A DNA stretch of 64,000 bases from a virus. The stretch lies in IMG/VR virus record IMGVR_UViG_3300023116_000009, positions 96,001 to 160,000 of that record; one strand, given 5' to 3'. Position numbers and translations under genes: made by a program. Of this stretch, positions 36,536 to 46,272 are shown one piece after another; position 1 is the first letter of the stretch, and every line of letters starts with the position of its first letter. The notes under the pieces were generated by a model. It was not told the origin of the DNA, did not search any database, and saw nothing but the letters and a program-made list of their open reading frames with translations.

Positions 36536-36681
36536 TACCATTTAGGGGGTGTATCGGGGCACCTCATGCCAGGTAGAAGTGTTTTCAGTGGCATAAAACA
36601 ACCACACAGTTTACATTGTTTTGTTTTTTCTTTAAAATGTTCACACTCTGTACAGAGTTTATATTTTTCATCAGAAGTCAT
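36535..36681 (-). CDS. Small Cys-rich protein (48 aa, not in the ORF track)
   Basis: MTSDEKYKLCTECEHFKRKTKQCKLCGCFMPLKTLLPGMRCPDTPPKW; its stop overlaps the gp17 start. Confidence 0.7.
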   Translation of the reverse strand: MTSDEKYKLCTECEHFKEKTKQCKLCGCFMPLKTLLPGMRCPDTPPKW

Positions 36682-36684
36682 AAA

Positions 36685-36966
36685 TTAACAATCCCAAGCT
36701 CTCAATGATTTATTTATTCTTGAATTTGGATCACTAGCAGTTTTCTTACTTGTAAGTTTTTTCTTCATCCCACGCATTCGAGCACAGAAGGACTTTCTTC
36801 TCTTGTTTCCCTTCTCCTTGCTGGGTGCTTTCAAGTCGCTCCCAGGGTTCTCCCTCTCGTAGGACTTCCTGCCCTTCTCGTTGAGTCCACCTTCTTTGTT
36901 CTGACCAGATTTCTTTGTCCATGCTGCACCTTCTTCTAAGTTACAAAATTCTTTAAATGTTAACAT
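36685..36966 (-). CDS. Small basic protein, possible internal head protein
   Basis: N-terminal MLTFKEFCNLEE; Lys/Arg-rich body. Confidence 0.7.
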   Translation of the reverse strand: MLTFKEFCNLEEGAAWTKKSGQNKEGGLNEKGRKSYERENPGSDLKAPSKEKGNKRRKSFCARMRGMKKKLTSKKTASDPNSRINKSLRAWDC

Positions 36967-36967
36967 A

Positions 36968-37690
36968 TTAGGACTCCTTTAGTAATAAAAGGTCAAATGC
37001 TGCTGTATAACGACCGTTGTTTGAACGAGTAGTCATACGAACATCAATATCAGATTTCTCTGGGATACGCTGTGGGAATGAGAAGTCGTAATCATACTGA
37101 CCACCTACACCAGCAACCTCAAATGAATGAGCAATTCTGAAAGCGTCCTCGCCACCATAACGAATATACATATCACCACTACCATCTGCTGATGCTTGTG
37201 CTGTGCAAACACCTCTGTAGAGATATCCAGTTTTGCCAGCAGGAACAGTATAAACTGCCATTTGAGTTTGCTGACGGTTCTCTAAAATTTTAGCGACAAC
37301 TGTAGTACCAACTTTAATCTCAATGTTACCAACAAGAGGAGTTCCAGTGTATGCTCTAAAAACTCTAATAAATTGATTGGTTGTAGTTACTGTTCCAGGA
37401 TTAGTTCCAGTATTAATTTCTTCAGTAAGTTCATTGTAGTCAGCATCTAATCCAATGATAGTGAGTGTTTTACCATCATCACCACCATTGCTGTGTGCCA
37501 CTACCAGATTAGCAGCGCCAGGATCAAAAGCACTCCATGGATACAGAGTATCATTTACATCCCAAATAGTTCCGTCCTGGTTCTGTGACATCGCTGGCAC
37601 AGCACCAAACTTATGAACAGTAGATGCTCCACGGACTTTACCCATGGCAACATTCTGTCTAAAGTTGTCGTCCCAATTAAAGTAACTCAT
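36968..37690 (-). CDS. Hypothetical protein, probably virion-associated
   Basis: Start MSYFNW (37690) in an ATGA overlap; beta-rich. Confidence 0.65.
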   Translation of the reverse strand: MSYFNWDDNFRQNVAMGKVRGASTVHKFGAVPAMSQNQDGTIWDVNDTLYPWSAFDPGAANLVVAHSNGGDDGKTLTIIGLDADYNELTEEINTGTNPGTVTTTNQFIRVFRAYTGTPLVGNIEIKVGTTVVAKILENRQQTQMAVYTVPAGKTGYLYRGVCTAQASADGSGDMYIRYGGEDAFRIAHSFEVAGVGGQYDYDFSFPQRIPEKSDIDVRMTTRSNNGRYTAAFDLLLLKES

Positions 37691-37935
37691 GCGAAATATC
37701 CTACTGGGGTTGCCCAAACTTCAGCAGTGGCACCTGTGGTTGCCTGAAGAGTTTCGTCATACTCTTTTTTGATGAGTACTCTTTCTCCAGCAGCAATCCA
37801 CAGATTATTGCCGTTGCTGTTAACAATAAGAACAGGAACAGTATTAGTATTAATTACAGATACAATAGTTGCATCTCCAACTAAATTTGCTGCTGCTTGG
37901 ATATCTACAGATACCCCTTTTGACTTGAGGATCAT
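37687..37935 (-). CDS. Small hypothetical protein
   Basis: 82 aa beta-rich ORF preceded by late promoter ATAAATA (37954-37960). Confidence 0.65.
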   Translation of the reverse strand: MILKSKGVSVDIQAAANLVGDATIVSVINTNTVPVLIVNSNGNNLWIAAGERVLIKKEYDETLQATTGATAEVWATPVGYFA

Positions 37936-37952
37936 CGTACTAAGTTTTATTA

Positions 37953-38381
37953 TTATTTATTATCTAAGAGACCTTGTTTAATGAGTTTGGACAACTCTGC
38001 AGTTGATCCAACAAACAAAGCATTGTTGTTGGTAACCTTCTGCTTGGACTTAGGACCTTCTTCAAGATCCTGCATCTTCTGCTGTAAGGCAATCAGTTTC
38101 TCAGTGGCGTCAGAAACGCTCTTAACTAACTGTCCAGCGACTTCATATGCTCTAGGGTGATCTGTGTTATTTGCCACGTCTAAGATGCCTGAGAGCGCCT
38201 CCTGACCCTTCTCAATGATGTCATAGAGTTGACCCCTAGAATAGTCGTAATCTTTTTTGATATCCTTATCGATATCAATAATACGCTCTGTTCTTTTCTT
38301 TGGTTTTAGGGTTTCTTCTGTAGGAACAATATCTGCTTCTACATTTAGTGCATCTTCAATCCCATCGTAGTTATCATTCAT
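37953..38381 (-). CDS. gp16: Terminase small subunit gp16
   Basis: DYDYSRGQLY, HPRAYEVAGQL, NNALFVGSTAEL. Confidence 0.92.
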   Translation of the reverse strand: MNDNYDGIEDALNVEADIVPTEETLKPKKRTERIIDIDKDIKKDYDYSRGQLYDIIEKGQEALSGILDVANNTDHPRAYEVAGQLVKSVSDATEKLIALQQKMQDLEEGPKSKQKVTNNNALFVGSTAELSKLIKQGLLDNK

Positions 38382-39184
38382 ACGTCTTCAAAATAAGATG
38401 TAGTTTCATTGAATCCAAAGTCATCGCCAGATACCAGAAGAGCATCATCAAGTGCATCAACAACGTTGTCGCTGTTCTTATCTTCTTTTGCTTTAGGAGT
38501 GACTTCATATTGTCTATATCTACTTGCAATATTCAGATCAGTTGTAGTATAATCTTTTGTAATTGCTTTTTTGATAAGTCCAGTATCAGATGTAGGACCG
38601 TAAATATAAGTTTTAATTGTAAATCTTAAAGTGTATACCAGAGATCTTCTGGTTGAGAAATCTCCTTCATATGAATCATCAAAGAAAATACTATTCAATA
38701 CAATGGGAACATCTTTTCTAATGTTTGCTTCATCGACTAATCTCATTGAAAGATTAAAGGATGGTTGAAAGTATGGAACAATTTGTTCTACAATTTGCAA
38801 ACAATCATCTTGAGTTTTGCTAAGAATATTAAGTTCAAATTCAAGATTGTATGGAACAGGAACATAAGTTTTCTTTACACCCTCATTGTCCTCATTGGTC
38901 AAACAATACTGAACAGGACTCTGCTTTCTGGTTGGATCATAATTCATCCCAGTCATTTCAAATGCAAGACGAGGAAGAGTAATAGCATTTGGTCTTCCAA
39001 GTTCAGGTTGCTCCGTTAAACGAGCAAGAAATTTCTGACGAGGACCATATGCCAAAGGAACTTTCATTCTTTGATATACTGTTCCATCATCATGAAACTT
39101 ACGAATTTCAATATTATTGAAAAGCGTACCAAACCCGATAACTGCTTTTCTTATAATTTGATTGTAACTAAATTCTCCTAACAT
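38378..39184 (-). CDS. gp15: Tail sheath stabiliser/completion protein gp15
   Basis: FGTLFNNI, VPLAYGPRQKF, QIVEQIVPYFQP. Confidence 0.95.
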   Translation of the reverse strand: MLGEFSYNQIIRKAVIGFGTLFNNIEIRKFHDDGTVYQRMKVPLAYGPRQKFLARLTEQPELGRPNAITLPRLAFEMTGMNYDPTRKQSPVQYCLTNEDNEGVKKTYVPVPYNLEFELNILSKTQDDCLQIVEQIVPYFQPSFNLSMRLVDEANIRKDVPIVLNSIFFDDSYEGDFSTRRSLVYTLRFTIKTYIYGPTSDTGLIKKAITKDYTTTDLNIASRYRQYEVTPKAKEDKNSDNVVDALDDALLVSGDDFGFNETTSYFEDV

Positions 39185-39186
39185 AA

Positions 39187-40071
39187 TTAACTCCTATTTC
39201 CAAATTCTCCAAATGGGTTTACTTCAGTGAAATCTAAAATTCCATCGCCTAGATTTTCAAACTCAATGTTATCTGCATATGCATCCTTCATATCAAGTTC
39301 ATCAAAGCTAGTAATATTTATAGAGAAACCAGTAACCTCTCCAGTTAAAGTTTCTCCAACTAGATATGTCGAAGATGCAGAAGATGATGTAAATGCTCTC
39401 AGTTCTACAAATGCTTCATCAGGATCCCATTGGTTAACCATTGCTTTGATCCCATTAACAGATCCTTCAACCATTTCACCAAGTTGTGGTTCACCACTAA
39501 TGGTCTCCCTATCATAATAGAATTTAACAATAAATCCATCATCTTCTTGAGTTTCAAAGATATCACTACCAGCGGTTTCGTTGGCATACTCATAAAGTTC
39601 ACATTTTAATTGATAAGTAAATAACTTACCAAATTGATAAAAAGGTACTTCATGTTCTACAAACTTAACTTCAAATAAATTTGAGGTCAGTGGGAAGTAT
39701 ATTAGATCACCTTCTTGTGGTCTAGAACCAACCATGATGTTATCTGCTCCTGTCATTTGCACAGCAATAAAATCATCAAACATCTGCTTAGATAATGTAA
39801 GAGTGATTTCATCTGTTGATCTAATGCCAAATTTTGTTAGGATATCACCAGCACCTTGGAATCCTTCATTATTTTCCAAGTAGGCATATGTTAAAAATGA
39901 ATCATCAAATTCTGAAATAATTTCTTCATTTAAGATATTATCTTTAGCAATAAGTTTTCTAGGAATATAAAGAATATCTAAACTAAACATTTTGATAAAC
40001 TCATCCACCAGCGATTGCTGAAGGATTTGTTCATTCCTAGTACCGTGTGTAAAGTAAGTAGTTTTTGCCAT
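39187..40071 (-). CDS. gp14: Neck protein gp14
   Basis: YIPRK, RPQEGDLIYFP, FEVKFVEHE, FTEVNPFG. Confidence 0.94.
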   Translation of the reverse strand: MAKTTYFTHGTRNEQILQQSLVDEFIKMFSLDILYIPRKLIAKDNILNEEIISEFDDSFLTYAYLENNEGFQGAGDILTKFGIRSTDEITLTLSKQMFDDFIAVQMTGADNIMVGSRPQEGDLIYFPLTSNLFEVKFVEHEVPFYQFGKLFTYQLKCELYEYANETAGSDIFETQEDDGFIVKFYYDRETISGEPQLGEMVEGSVNGIKAMVNQWDPDEAFVELRAFTSSSASSTYLVGETLTGEVTGFSINITSFDELDMKDAYADNIEFENLGDGILDFTEVNPFGEFGNRS

Positions 40072-40072
40072 C

Positions 40073-40876
40073 TTATCCGATCATATCCATTGGTGGAAGT
40101 TCGTATGTTGATGCCATTTCCGATTCAATCTTTTCAAGTTCTGCAACAGCATCGTCATAAAGTTGTCTACCGTTCATTGTAATTCCACCAGGAAGTTGTG
40201 CCCCCTGGAATTTGATTAAGTTTTGACCCCACTGCTTTTTAATGAGTGAGGTGCAGTATCTTTTTAAGAATTGGTCATTATAAATTTGAGTATATGAAGT
40301 TGGGTCAAGCAATCGATAACAATCAATAATTACAAAAGCACCTTCATCTACAAAATCTGTAGCAGTGTCAATAAACAAACGATCTTGTCTTTGATTGAAT
40401 CTAAACGGAATAAAACTACCATTGTTTAAAACCATATCTAAGGTCTCTAGATATGACTTAACCATGTAGTAACTTAAAATATCAACAGATCCAAATTGAT
40501 AAAGATCATTTAAAAATAATTGATACTCTAATCCAAAGAGGTTGCTTCTAATATTGCTACCTTTGATTCCAAAAACTTGATTAACACCCAGTACTTGAGG
40601 TGGAATATCTAAGTAATTATTTCGTGCCAACCAATCTGTAGATCCTACAGTAGTGGTTTCGTTGCTTTCAGTAAACCGTGTTACATCATCAGCAGTAAAC
40701 TGATGCTTCAAGAACATCCTTTCGACACCATTGAAATGACGTTCTTGGAACATTTGAATTGCATCATCAATTAGATCATCAATCTGGTCATCATCGACGT
40801 TGATTTCCAGAATTGGTTTGCCTAATCTTCTAAGACAATATTCTTTTAATTCTGCTCTACTTGTTGGTTGCGCCAT
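40073..40876 (-). CDS. gp13: Neck protein gp13
   Basis: LKEYCLRRLG, IKKQWGQNLIKF, LPGGITMNG, PPMDMIG. Confidence 0.95.
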   Translation of the reverse strand: MAQPTSRAELKEYCLRRLGKPILEINVDDDQIDDLIDDAIQMFQERHFNGVERMFLKHQFTADDVTRFTESNETTTVGSTDWLARNNYLDIPPQVLGVNQVFGIKGSNIRSNLFGLEYQLFLNDLYQFGSVDILSYYMVKSYLETLDMVLNNGSFIPFRFNQRQDRLFIDTATDFVDEGAFVIIDCYRLLDPTSYTQIYNDQFLKRYCTSLIKKQWGQNLIKFQGAQLPGGITMNGRQLYDDAVAELEKIESEMASTYELPPMDMIG

Positions 40877-40886
40877 TTATACGCAT

Positions 40887-40919
40887 AAAAAAAGTCCTCT
40901 ACTTTATTTAGTAGAGGAC
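40887..40919 (-). terminator. Terminator hairpin with late promoter CTAAATA spanning its loop
   Basis: 10-bp stem GTCCTCTACT/AGTAGAGGAC, T7 tract; promoter at 40905-40911. Confidence 0.75.
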
Positions 40920-40926
40920 CATTTTA

Positions 40927-41145
40927 TCAACCTTCGACGTGTTGCGAGATCAGTTCTTCTTGCCCTGAATTCAGAGGTTGATCTCCACCGTTATCGGTCT
41001 TTGCCATACGCAAACCTTCAATAGCACCTTGCAATCTAAAGAATTCTTCCTTCTTAGATACAAGTCCTGCATCCAGTTCACGAATCTCATCTACGAGTTC
41101 TTTGAGATTCTTTTCAAAACGTTGAATCATTTCGTCAATTGTCAT
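40927..41145 (-). CDS. Small coiled-coil protein, possible fibre chaperone
   Basis: Heptad pattern; follows a fibre gene; late promoter TATAAATA at 41186-41193. Confidence 0.6.
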   Translation of the reverse strand: MTIDEMIQRFEKNLKELVDEIRELDAGLVSKKEEFFRLQGAIEGLRMAKTDNGGDQPLNSGQEELISQHVEG

Positions 41146-41195
41146 TGGATCCTCCTATAAAATTGTATATTGGTCATGACTCTATTATTTATACA

Positions 41196-44100
41196 TCAAT
41201 GATCTGGTTCATCAATCTCCTCTGATGGTGCTGCTTGACCATCAAACATGCTGGACTTGTTCTCAGGTTCTTCAGCAAGGAACGCTTCATATGTTGGATA
41301 ATCATCTCCAGGACGGCGATGTCTATCTGGTTCAAGAATTGTTCTACCTTCATCATCAGTCCAGTTTGCTTCTCTAATCTTAGCATCCTGACGCTCTGCA
41401 ACAACCATCCAATCGATGGTGTCAGTACATGCAGGATCTTGTGCTTCGATAGTAACAATACCTGCTGCAGTGACTGTAGCACGAACTGATGTCCATCCTT
41501 GGTTATTGACAACAAATACTTGAGGATCTCTACAGAGATGTTGCCATGTGCCTGGGGTCATTCCAACTGCAACGTCAATGTCAACAGTAGCAGTTCCACC
41601 AACAAGTGCAACCTTATCTCTATAAATCAGATCAGGACGTGGACCCTCAACAAATGAGTGAACCAGATCTTTGGTTTCTGTTAGTTCAGGCAGTGGGTGT
41701 GGAATACGGAATGTACCAGATCCTTTGGTTAGAGTTCCAGAGTGGAATGCATCACCATTTGATCTGAAGTAGTGATAAAGATTACCTGACCACTCACCAC
41801 AACTGTATCCAGAACAGGAGTAACCATAGATAGCAAATTCTTCATTACTATCATCATTCAGATGAAGTTCTAATCTTGATACGTTATAAGATGGAGTTAC
41901 AAATCTGAAACCGTATGGGTCAGAGTTTGTACCATAACCTGTCTGGCGGAATCTAATAGTGTTAGTGGTAATTGTTGGGCAACGCATCTCACCCGTGACA
42001 TCCAAGTTAATACCAGATGCTGGGTTTGTACCGATACCAACACGACCAGAGAAGTAGTTCTGATCTTCATTTCTACAGTAAATGCCATAACGATAAGACA
42101 AGTTAGTTGGATTATTACCAGCACTGTCTAAGGATCCTACTGAGAAAGTAAGTCCTCTAATGTCAAAGTTAACATAGAGACCTCTCATATTATAGCAGTT
42201 ACCACCATCCATTCTGGTATAGAGGTAAGCACCATAAGAGTTGTTTACTGTAGTTCCATTTACTCTTTCTTCAGCATTAACACCAATTCTATTATAAGTG
42301 TAAATACCAAACTTAGAGTTTGTTCTAGAACCATATCTGGTGTCCAAATAGTTGTAGATACCTCTAGCATCTGCAACATATCCTGGACCAGAACTATTAG
42401 CATTCAATCCATTGTAGAAATCACTGGAGAAGTTATATGCATAATCCATTCTACCATTACGGTAGTTTCTGCAGTATGCCTGAACACCACGGGCACTTAC
42501 CCATCTACCACCAGCAATATTAAATGCAAGACCTCTGTTACCTTCTCCATATCCAACATAAGCATTTGCATAGTTTCTCTTATCAAGATAACCTTGTCTG
42601 CAATATGCGTAGTTGAGTGAAGCGTAGATACTATCTAAGAATGCATCTTGTTGATATCCGTTTGCAACATAAAGTTCACCAGGGCGATTCTGCCAACTCA
42701 TTGAGAAGTCAGAATAAACACCAATTTGACCAACGTTAGTAATATTATAAGAAGAAGATCTTGTAGTATCTACATAGAGTGCTTTACCACGCTCACCTGA
42801 ACCTGCACCATTAGCAGGAACGGTTGTCGAATAAGGCAGTGCAGTTCCTTGTGGTGGCAAATAGTATGCAGTAAATCTATCGTTCCAACCAACATCAAGA
42901 GCGGTGTTTGCACCAGTGCCAGTGTTAAACAGTCCAAGTCGATTCCAACGACCCTTTACTCTTGCATTTGTTGGGCAATTGTGAACGTAAGTTGTATCTG
43001 GTGTTCCTCCTGCTTCTGTTGCAAAGTTATAAGTTCCTGCAGAAGTTGGAGTTTGAGTTGCGGCAAGTTGTTCCCAACCAGGATTATTGATTCGCATCAA
43101 AATCGTATTTGGGTAGGGATTGGTATCACTGCTATTTGGTCTATAGCAGTTTAAGTTTCTATTGAATGTACCAGATTGAGACCAATTAGTGTCACCCTCT
43201 CCACCATTGGTTCCGCCTGCTGCTGTACCAAGACCAGTGTTCACCATAGTGAGACCCTGGTTATACATGAATTTGTGACCTTCTGCATTTCCACTCATGG
43301 AGTTTGCAGTAGTTTCCTCAATAGTAAAGGTACAGTTAACGCCTACATTATTAAAAGTAAATACTCCAGTTCCAACACCATTTTCATCAAGAACTTCCGT
43401 TGCAGTTCTATTGTAATTTGGAATGCTAATAGAAATAATTCTATATCCATCATCGTCATAGTTTGCCCCAATAGGACCATACTGCTTTAATACATCTTGA
43501 GAAACAATCTTAGAGTCACTAGTGTTTACACCCTCACCTGTTGTAACAGAAGCAATGTTTGTATAGTAAATTGGTCTACCACCTTGAGTAGAACCTGAGG
43601 TTGCCTCAAAGTATCTACTCCAGTTTCTGTAGTATGCAAGGTTTCTAGTTACATACTGAGTACGCCAAGAGTGCATCTGGCGGTTATTATAGTAACCTAA
43701 CAGATACATCAGGGACCAACCAGAGTTTCTGTAGTCCAACTGCCAATAACCACGAATCATGTGGGAAGTTGCAGGACCCCAGTACATGATACCAACATTG
43801 CTGCGGAATCTGGTAGGACCATTTACATCAAGTTTTGCATAACCATCAAAACCACTAGTAAGATTGATGGCAGCTCTGTAACTATCAAGATAGAAAATAT
43901 CTCTTAATTGTTCTGTAGAACTATCATAGTTCCTACCATATGCTCTAAATCTCCACTGTTCAGGACCAATCTTATCAGATCTTGAACGCATCCAAAGAGC
44001 ATCTTGAGTACCACCTGATTGATTACCTGGAACTTTCCATTTAAAATACCAATAGTTGGAATCTGTTTGAGTTGTAAATCTCCAGCGATATTCACCATTG

Positions 44101-44717
44101 CTGGATCTTAATTCTGGACCCTGCTCTGGTTGGTTTGCATCTACTCCACTGTCAAGGGTTACAATATCGAGAGGTGAATTTGGTGATGTTGTTTTAATGC
44201 CAACTCTCTTATCAGAGCGAACTGACATTACAACTGCGTCGGATCCTAAATTAGTATTATTATCTGTAGAATCTCCAGCAAAAATATCTAATCTTTGACC
44301 AATACCATTAATGTATTGAGATCCAAATCCAGCAGAGTATCTTGGATTTGCAGCATTTGGAAATGCAAGGGTTGGTGAATTTGGATTAAATGTGTCTTGA
44401 TGAATATGCAATCTTGCAATTGCGGTAGATCCACCAACAGCAGTTTTACCACCAAAGGGGTTTAATTTAGCAGTTCCATCAAGTCCTGCTGCAATAACTG
44501 GAATACCAGAAATATCATTTCCTACTAAAGAATCTCCAGAAGTAGTGTTGGTATCTAATGTGAGAATTTGTCCCAAAGATGCACTAAAGGATATTGCATT
44601 ATCATCCGCAACCTTAAGTGTGATTGGATTATTATCAAATCCCACAAAATCAATTTTGGGTTCGTCTGCTTCTCCTACATTAGGAGTTATTAAAATATCC
44701 TTATCAGTATTTGCCAT
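41196..44717 (-). CDS. Tail fibre-like protein (1173 aa)
   Basis: VGIxTxxP fibre repeats, Tyr/Asn/Arg-rich beta-solenoid-like region, C-terminal HP...H..EGP domain; late promoter TATAAATA at 44745-44752. Confidence 0.75.
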   Translation of the reverse strand: MANTDKDILITPNVGEADEPKIDFVGFDNNPITLKVADDNAISFSASLGQILTLDTNTTSGDSLVGNDISGIPVIAAGLDGTAKLNPFGGKTAVGGSTAIARLHIHQDTFNPNSPTLAFPNAANPRYSAGFGSQYINGIGQRLDIFAGDSTDNNTNLGSDAVVMSVRSDKRVGIKTTSPNSPLDIVTLDSGVDANQPEQGPELRSSNGEYRWRFTTQTDSNYWYFKWKVPGNQSGGTQDALWMRSRSDKIGPEQWRFRAYGRNYDSSTEQLRDIFYLDSYRAAINLTSGFDGYAKLDVNGPTRFRSNVGIMYWGPATSHMIRGYWQLDYRNSGWSLMYLLGYYNNRQMHSWRTQYVTRNLAYYRNWSRYFEATSGSTQGGRPIYYTNIASVTTGEGVNTSDSKIVSQDVLKQYGPIGANYDDDGYRIISISIPNYNRTATEVLDENGVGTGVFTFNNVGVNCTFTIEETTANSMSGNAEGHKFMYNQGLTMVNTGLGTAAGGTNGGEGDTNWSQSGTFNRNLNCYRPNSSDTNPYPNTILMRINNPGWEQLAATQTPTSAGTYNFATEAGGTPDTTYVHNCPTNARVKGRWNRLGLFNTGTGANTALDVGWNDRFTAYYLPPQGTALPYSTTVPANGAGSGERGKALYVDTTRSSSYNITNVGQIGVYSDFSMSWQNRPGELYVANGYQQDAFLDSIYASLNYAYCRQGYLDKRNYANAYVGYGEGNRGLAFNIAGGRWVSARGVQAYCRNYRNGRMDYAYNFSSDFYNGLNANSSGPGYVADARGIYNYLDTRYGSRTNSKFGIYTYNRIGVNAEERVNGTTVNNSYGAYLYTRMDGGNCYNMRGLYVNFDIRGLTFSVGSLDSAGNNPTNLSYRYGIYCRNEDQNYFSGRVGIGTNPASGINLDVTGEMRCPTITTNTIRFRQTGYGTNSDPYGFRFVTPSYNVSRLELHLNDDSNEEFAIYGYSCSGYSCGEWSGNLYHYFRSNGDAFHSGTLTKGSGTFRIPHPLPELTETKDLVHSFVEGPRPDLIYRDKVALVGGTATVDIDVAVGMTPGTWQHLCRDPQVFVVNNQGWTSVRATVTAAGIVTIEAQDPACTDTIDWMVVAERQDAKIREANWTDDEGRTILEPDRHRRPGDDYPTYEAFLAEEPENKSSMFDGQAAPSEEIDEPDH

Positions 44718-44752
44718 TAGAGTTGGAGACCTTTTCCTAAAGAGTATTTATA

Positions 44753-45490
44753 TTATGTAAAGCGAGGAGCATATGCATCATACAGCAACTTACACTCTCT
44801 AGCATTTAGTGCAGTATCATGCCAAAAGAAAGAATTTAATTTTCCATCAAAACGAAGACAGCATGGGTTTCTACAAATATTTGGTGGAGATGCTTGCATT
44901 TGTACTTGTGCCCCAAATGCACCAACATCACCTAATAATTCGCCATCATGATAAATGTATAATGTTGGACCATTACCATATTCATTGCCACGATCAAACA
45001 CTCCAGTTGCTAAATGCCAGTTTCCATCACCAGTTCCAGCATTACTAAATGCAACTCCTTCCCGATAATCAAGACCCATCAACCAATAGTAACCTCCACT
45101 AGAAGGTCCAAATCTAAATCCATCTGCACTACCAGCATTAGCAACTAAACTAATTTGACCGCCAGCACCATCATGAGTATACCAAAAAGAAATCGAAAAA
45201 CTTCCAGTTCTAGTAAGACCCATTGAGTCCATATTTGTTGGTGACTGAAATCCTAACGGAGCATTATACGATCTTGGTGTAGCATCTCCATTGTCATTAC
45301 CACCAAAGTCCCAATACAAATAATTTGATTGTGTGATTCTTGGAACAGTTCCAACAATAGTATAGTTATTTTGATTACCACTTAAATCAAATACTGTAGA
45401 TCCAGTCCCAGGAAAACTAGAATTATTGTTTGCGTCAAGAAGAATTTTTAATTCTCTTAACGGAATATGGGGTCCATGATATGCGGTCAT
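44753..45490 (-). CDS. LamG/ConA-like lectin-domain protein
   Basis: LDANNNSSFPGTGSTVFDLSG, WHLATGVFD, ALNARECKLLY. Confidence 0.75.
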   Translation of the reverse strand: MTAYHGPHIPLRELKILLDANNNSSFPGTGSTVFDLSGNQNNYTIVGTVPRITQSNYLYWDFGGNDNGDATPRSYNAPLGFQSPTNMDSMGLTRTGSFSISFWYTHDGAGGQISLVANAGSADGFRFGPSSGGYYWLMGLDYREGVAFSNAGTGDGNWHLATGVFDRGNEYGNGPTLYIYHDGELLGDVGAFGAQVQMQASPPNICRNPCCLRFDGKLNSFFWHDTALNARECKLLYDAYAPRFT

Positions 45491-46272
45491 AATCCATACC
45501 TTCCTTTTAAGTTATTGAACATCAGAGTATTTTCATCACCAGAAAGTGCCCTATTATAAATGTAAACACTTCCTAAAAATCCAGGGCATGGACCATTGCC
45601 ACCTAATGATCCATCGTTTTGAGTGCCCCCAAATACTCTGAATCCACTAGTGCTATAATTTCCATAAGATAGTCCTAATCCTGGTGTTGTTGGATTAGCG
45701 CCACCACCTTCTGTTTGTGGTCCAGTAATAATCTGAGTTTCATTTCTGTAGGCAGTTGCAATTCCAGTTGCTTGATCATAAGTATATGTGTACATATTCC
45801 ATCCATCTGCTGGAACACCTACAGGAGCAAAGTTTCCATTGATATATCTTCTATATCTATCTGTGTGAGTTGTAGAATAATTTAATACATTACTCTGTTC
45901 TAATACACATGTAAGGGGAGATCCTGCAGTTCCACCCCCAGCGGTGCAAATAAGTCCTCTCCAATTATTATTAGCATTAACACTTAATGGAAGATTATTT
46001 ATATTCATCCATAATAGAAAAGTAATAGAACCAGTATATAATCTATCGTTAATCGGGGAAATTAGATGAGATGTTCCTTGCCCAGTAGAATTGGTATCAC
46101 TTTGTACATAGTTAAATCCTACGGGTCCAGTTGCCGCAGTAAAATTATTAACTTGCCAATTTCCTACAGAACCCCTACTTGGGGCAAGTGAATTAATACC
46201 CACCCCATCATTTGATTCATATACATCTACGATCCCATCGTAGATGATATTGGGACCGTATTTAGTTGTCAT
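45487..46272 (-). CDS. LamG/ConA-like lectin-domain protein
   Basis: WNMYTYTYD, VYIYNRALS...FNNLKGRYGL. Confidence 0.75.
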   Translation of the reverse strand: MTTKYGPNIIYDGIVDVYESNDGVGINSLAPSRGSVGNWQVNNFTAATGPVGFNYVQSDTNSTGQGTSHLISPINDRLYTGSITFLLWMNINNLPLSVNANNNWRGLICTAGGGTAGSPLTCVLEQSNVLNYSTTHTDRYRRYINGNFAPVGVPADGWNMYTYTYDQATGIATAYRNETQIITGPQTEGGGANPTTPGLGLSYGNYSTSGFRVFGGTQNDGSLGGNGPCPGFLGSVYIYNRALSGDENTLMFNNLKGRYGL

